Shown here piece after piece: positions 61,408 through 64,000 of a DNA stretch of 64,000 nucleotides (position 1 is the first letter of the stretch; every line of letters starts with the position of its first letter). The stretch is from Candidatus Woesearchaeota archaeon. Its GTDB lineage: Archaea > Nanobdellota > Nanobdellia > Woesearchaeales > JAZDKJ01. The stretch spans positions 32,001 to 96,000 of the forward strand of contig JAZDKJ010000006.1 in assembly GCA_043803105.1 (NCBI GenBank). Direction: 5' to 3'. The notes below the pieces were generated by a model, which saw nothing but the letters and a program-made list of their open reading frames with translations, ran no database searches and was not told where the DNA came from. The translations under genes were made by a program, and so were the position numbers.

Positions 61408-64000
61408 AAAAAAGAATAGCATTGGAATAAAGTACTTTCTCTCCATAACTGTGCTCTTAATACTTGCAGTCTCTGTCATGGTGTTGGTAAATCGTTTCAT
61501 AGGTTATGTTTACGTTGAAACCGAGCCTGGGACTATCACCCAAATCAACCTTGCTATAAAGGATCCAACAGTTTACTGGCATGGTTTTTATGGTATTATT
61601 ATGATGGTTCCCCAGTTTGACGCCCAGCAGTCTGCTTTAGCACAGAACGGCAAGATTGACCTCATACATTTGTTATTCCCTTGCCTGCAACCCAATATAC
61701 CGCATGAACTCTATGCCTCCTTGACCCAATACCCTCAATGGGAAACTGTTGTTGCCGCCTTGCCAGCAGATGTGGACGCTTTCCTTGGCCTAAATTCTTC
61801 CGCATATTCCTCAGCAAATAATACATTCACCACAAACATCACCGTAAGATTAGGCCCGACAGTCATTTCCAATGTTCCCGGTACATACACAAAACAGCAG
61901 GTTGCCAACCTTTCATCTTTCAATCTGGGAATCTTGAAAGATGGGCTGGGCAATCTGATTTATGTCACGCAGATTGCTGATTACGTTGAAGGTTTTAGCG
62001 GCCTTACCACAAATTATCAAATAATGGTTGCCACCGGAAACAATACAAACCGGAGGTACTACTTTTTTACAGATCCTTATGATGAGTGCCCCAAGGGCAT
62101 CACCTTCGGCCTTTTTGGCCAGCGCGCCAGGTTGTATGGTTGGGTGAAAGACAATGCCACAGGAGCAAGACTGGATACAGTTGCAGTGATGCTCGCTGAC
62201 AACATGACCTTGACAGATTCTCATGGATTCTATAACTTCAGTGTTCTCTCTGGCATCCAGATAATCGCAGCTGCCAAGAATGGTTACAACAATTTCATCG
62301 ATCTCCTCAACATCTCCCCAGATTCTGTCAGGGAGTATAACATTTCCATGTCCCAGACTGCCAAATATACCTATACTTCTACTGGTGTTGGTCCTGGAAT
62401 CGGGCCTGGCCAGTCTGTTGGTCCTGGCGTAGGTCCGGGCGTGTCGTTTAAGCCTGACGTAGGGCCCTATACTGAAGAGCCAAAGAGGTTCGAAGGGCTT
62501 GACATCTGGATTTCCACAACCAACATAGACAAGATTCTTCGCACAGGCACTTTTGCAGAGGATCCTATTTTTATCTTCAATTTCGGGGTTGATCCATTGC
62601 TTATTGAGTTTTCTGTGAGGGGTAACGTGAGTCCTTCCTTAAAGCTGGACCGAACAACGCTTAGGATTCAGCCTAACTCAATGGCTAATTTGACTGCCAC
62701 TTTCTTCGGAAACCAGCCGCTTGGAAACTATTTCGGAAATATTGACCTTGGTGGTGATATCAATTTCTCAATACCACTCAAGGTGAAGATTGTCAGTGAG
62801 GAAATGCTGCCTGTCGAAGCCCTTATTGTTACGGTCACCCCGACAAAGACCCGGCTTACTCCGGATTCTGACCTGAGATACAAGGTGGACTTGAACAATC
62901 TGTTGACTGATCAGGAGTATGAAGTTTACCTCAAGTATTTCATCAAGGACTTGAACAATTCAAAGATTTTTAGTACCGATGAGGACAAGGTTCATTTGCA
63001 GACCAGTTATTCCCTTTTAAAAAGCTATCATATTCCACGGAATGCTTCGCTTGGTGAATACATTATACAGGTTGATGCCCACTACCTTGAGCTTGTTACT
63101 ACAGGAACAGCCATCTTTGATGTTGTCGCGCCTTTCTTCCAGTACATGGTTTTCGGTTTGATTCCTTTGTGGCAGCTTTTTCTTATGATTGTAGCTCTGC
63201 TGTTCATAATATTCGCAGTCTGGTACATCCGTCGTATGATAAGCCAAAAGAAGCGCTTCCACGTCAAGGTGGAGTTTGACCTTCTTCCAAGTCAAGGCCC
63301 GCGGTCAATTTTTGTGGGCAAGGTCGCAGAGACCAACAAGAAGACCTATCTTGACATGGACAATTTGACTGTCCATACAATAGTTGCGGGTTCCACCGGT
63401 GGTGGTAAGACAATCTCAGCCCAGGTTATAGTAGAGGAATGCTTGATGAAGAACGTGGCTGTTGTGGTTTTTGATCCGACTGCCCAGTGGTCTGGCTATT
63501 TGCGTAAGTGCACTGACAAGAAGATGATGACCTTCTATCCAAAGTTCAACCTGAAAAAGTCTGATGCAAGAGCATTTAAGGGTAACATCCGTTATGTCGA
63601 GAACCCCTATGAGATAATTGACTTGAAAAAGTACATGATTCCCGGCAACATACAGGTTTTCACCATGAACAAGCTTGACCCAAAGGACATAGACATTTTT
63701 GTGGCAAACACTGTTCGCGAGGTGTTCCACTTAAATCTTCCTGAAGCGCGCGAGCTCAAACTCCTGCTTGTATACGATGAAGTTCATAGGCTTTTGCCGA
63801 AGTTCGGTGGCTCGGGTGAAGGGTTTATCCAGATAGAAAGGGCATGCAGAGAGTTCAGAAAATGGGGTGTGGGCGTAATGCTCATCTCACAGGTACTTGC
63901 TGACTTCGTTGGCCAGATTAAGGCAAACATCAACACAGAAATCCAGATGAAAACTAGAGATGAAGGCGACCTGAACAGGATAGAGACCAAATTCGGCAAG
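61397..64000 (+). CDS. Ectodomain-TM-HerA/DUF87-like ATPase fusion protein, truncated by the window end
   Basis: Not in the track. Open for 868 codons from ATG 61397: N-terminal hydrophobic segment, WHGFYG domain, Ig-like domains, TM at about 63150-63230, then HTIVAGSTGGGKT, FDPT, YDEVHR, REFRKWG and ISQ. Confidence 0.88.
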   Translation, partial: MRTRKKNSIGIKYFLSITVLLILAVSVMVLVNRFIGYVYVETEPGTITQINLAIKDPTVYWHGFYGIIMMVPQFDAQQSALAQNGKIDLIHLLFPCLQPNIPHELYASLTQYPQWETVVAALPADVDAFLGLNSSAYSSANNTFTTNITVRLGPTVISNVPGTYTKQQVANLSSFNLGILKDGLGNLIYVTQIADYVEGFSGLTTNYQIMVATGNNTNRRYYFFTDPYDECPKGITFGLFGQRARLYGWVKDNATGARLDTVAVMLADNMTLTDSHGFYNFSVLSGIQIIAAAKNGYNNFIDLLNISPDSVREYNISMSQTAKYTYTSTGVGPGIGPGQSVGPGVGPGVSFKPDVGPYTEEPKRFEGLDIWISTTNIDKILRTGTFAEDPIFIFNFGVDPLLIEFSVRGNVSPSLKLDRTTLRIQPNSMANLTATFFGNQPLGNYFGNIDLGGDINFSIPLKVKIVSEEMLPVEALIVTVTPTKTRLTPDSDLRYKVDLNNLLTDQEYEVYLKYFIKDLNNSKIFSTDEDKVHLQTSYSLLKSYHIPRNASLGEYIIQVDAHYLELVTTGTAIFDVVAPFFQYMVFGLIPLWQLFLMIVALLFIIFAVWYIRRMISQKKRFHVKVEFDLLPSQGPRSIFVGKVAETNKKTYLDMDNLTVHTIVAGSTGGGKTISAQVIVEECLMKNVAVVVFDPTAQWSGYLRKCTDKKMMTFYPKFNLKKSDARAFKGNIRYVENPYEIIDLKKYMIPGNIQVFTMNKLDPKDIDIFVANTVREVFHLNLPEARELKLLLVYDEVHRLLPKFGGSGEGFIQIERACREFRKWGVGVMLISQVLADFVGQIKANINTEIQMKTRDEGDLNRIETKFGK

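Noticed and set aside
61735-63999. Short minus-strand ORFs listed at the window end
   Set aside because: Shadows of the long plus-strand ORF starting at 61397.

Overview
Chromosomal segment of a small-genome archaeon, most consistent with Woesearchaeota/DPANN. This is inferred from gene content: archaeal TATA-type promoters, BHB-intron tRNAs, oapABC, HerA-Mre11, translin, KRGQ prepilin-type signals and ITG-motif surface proteins. Housekeeping genes include ychF, gatCAB, a bacterial-type aspS and tgt, an XPD-like helicase, nfi and a type IV pilus ATPase plus platform protein. The most notable items are: (1) an island at about 36.1-44.1 kb encoding an Rhs/YD toxin split into two separately signal-peptide-bearing genes (shell versus core plus toxin tip), followed by a candidate immunity gene and a decayed second cassette; (2) an ORF missing from the supplied track (61397 to beyond 64000) that fuses a large ectodomain and TM helix to a cytoplasmic HerA/DUF87-type ATPase, in an operon led by two RHH regulators; (3) tRNA-Thr(UGU) with two BHB introns around a 7-nt anticodon micro-exon, abutting a free-standing LAGLIDADG gene, and tRNA-Val(CAC) with a T-loop intron; (4) tandem HD-domain paralogues with reciprocal loss of the HD motif (HN and QD); (5) an N-terminally shortened MCM-like ATPase next to oapABC; (6) an intact IS5-family element with a 9-bp target duplication; (7) a 1869-aa Cys-rich pilin-like adhesin. 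No rRNA gene or CRISPR array was seen. All family assignments come from motif recognition by eye; no searches were run.
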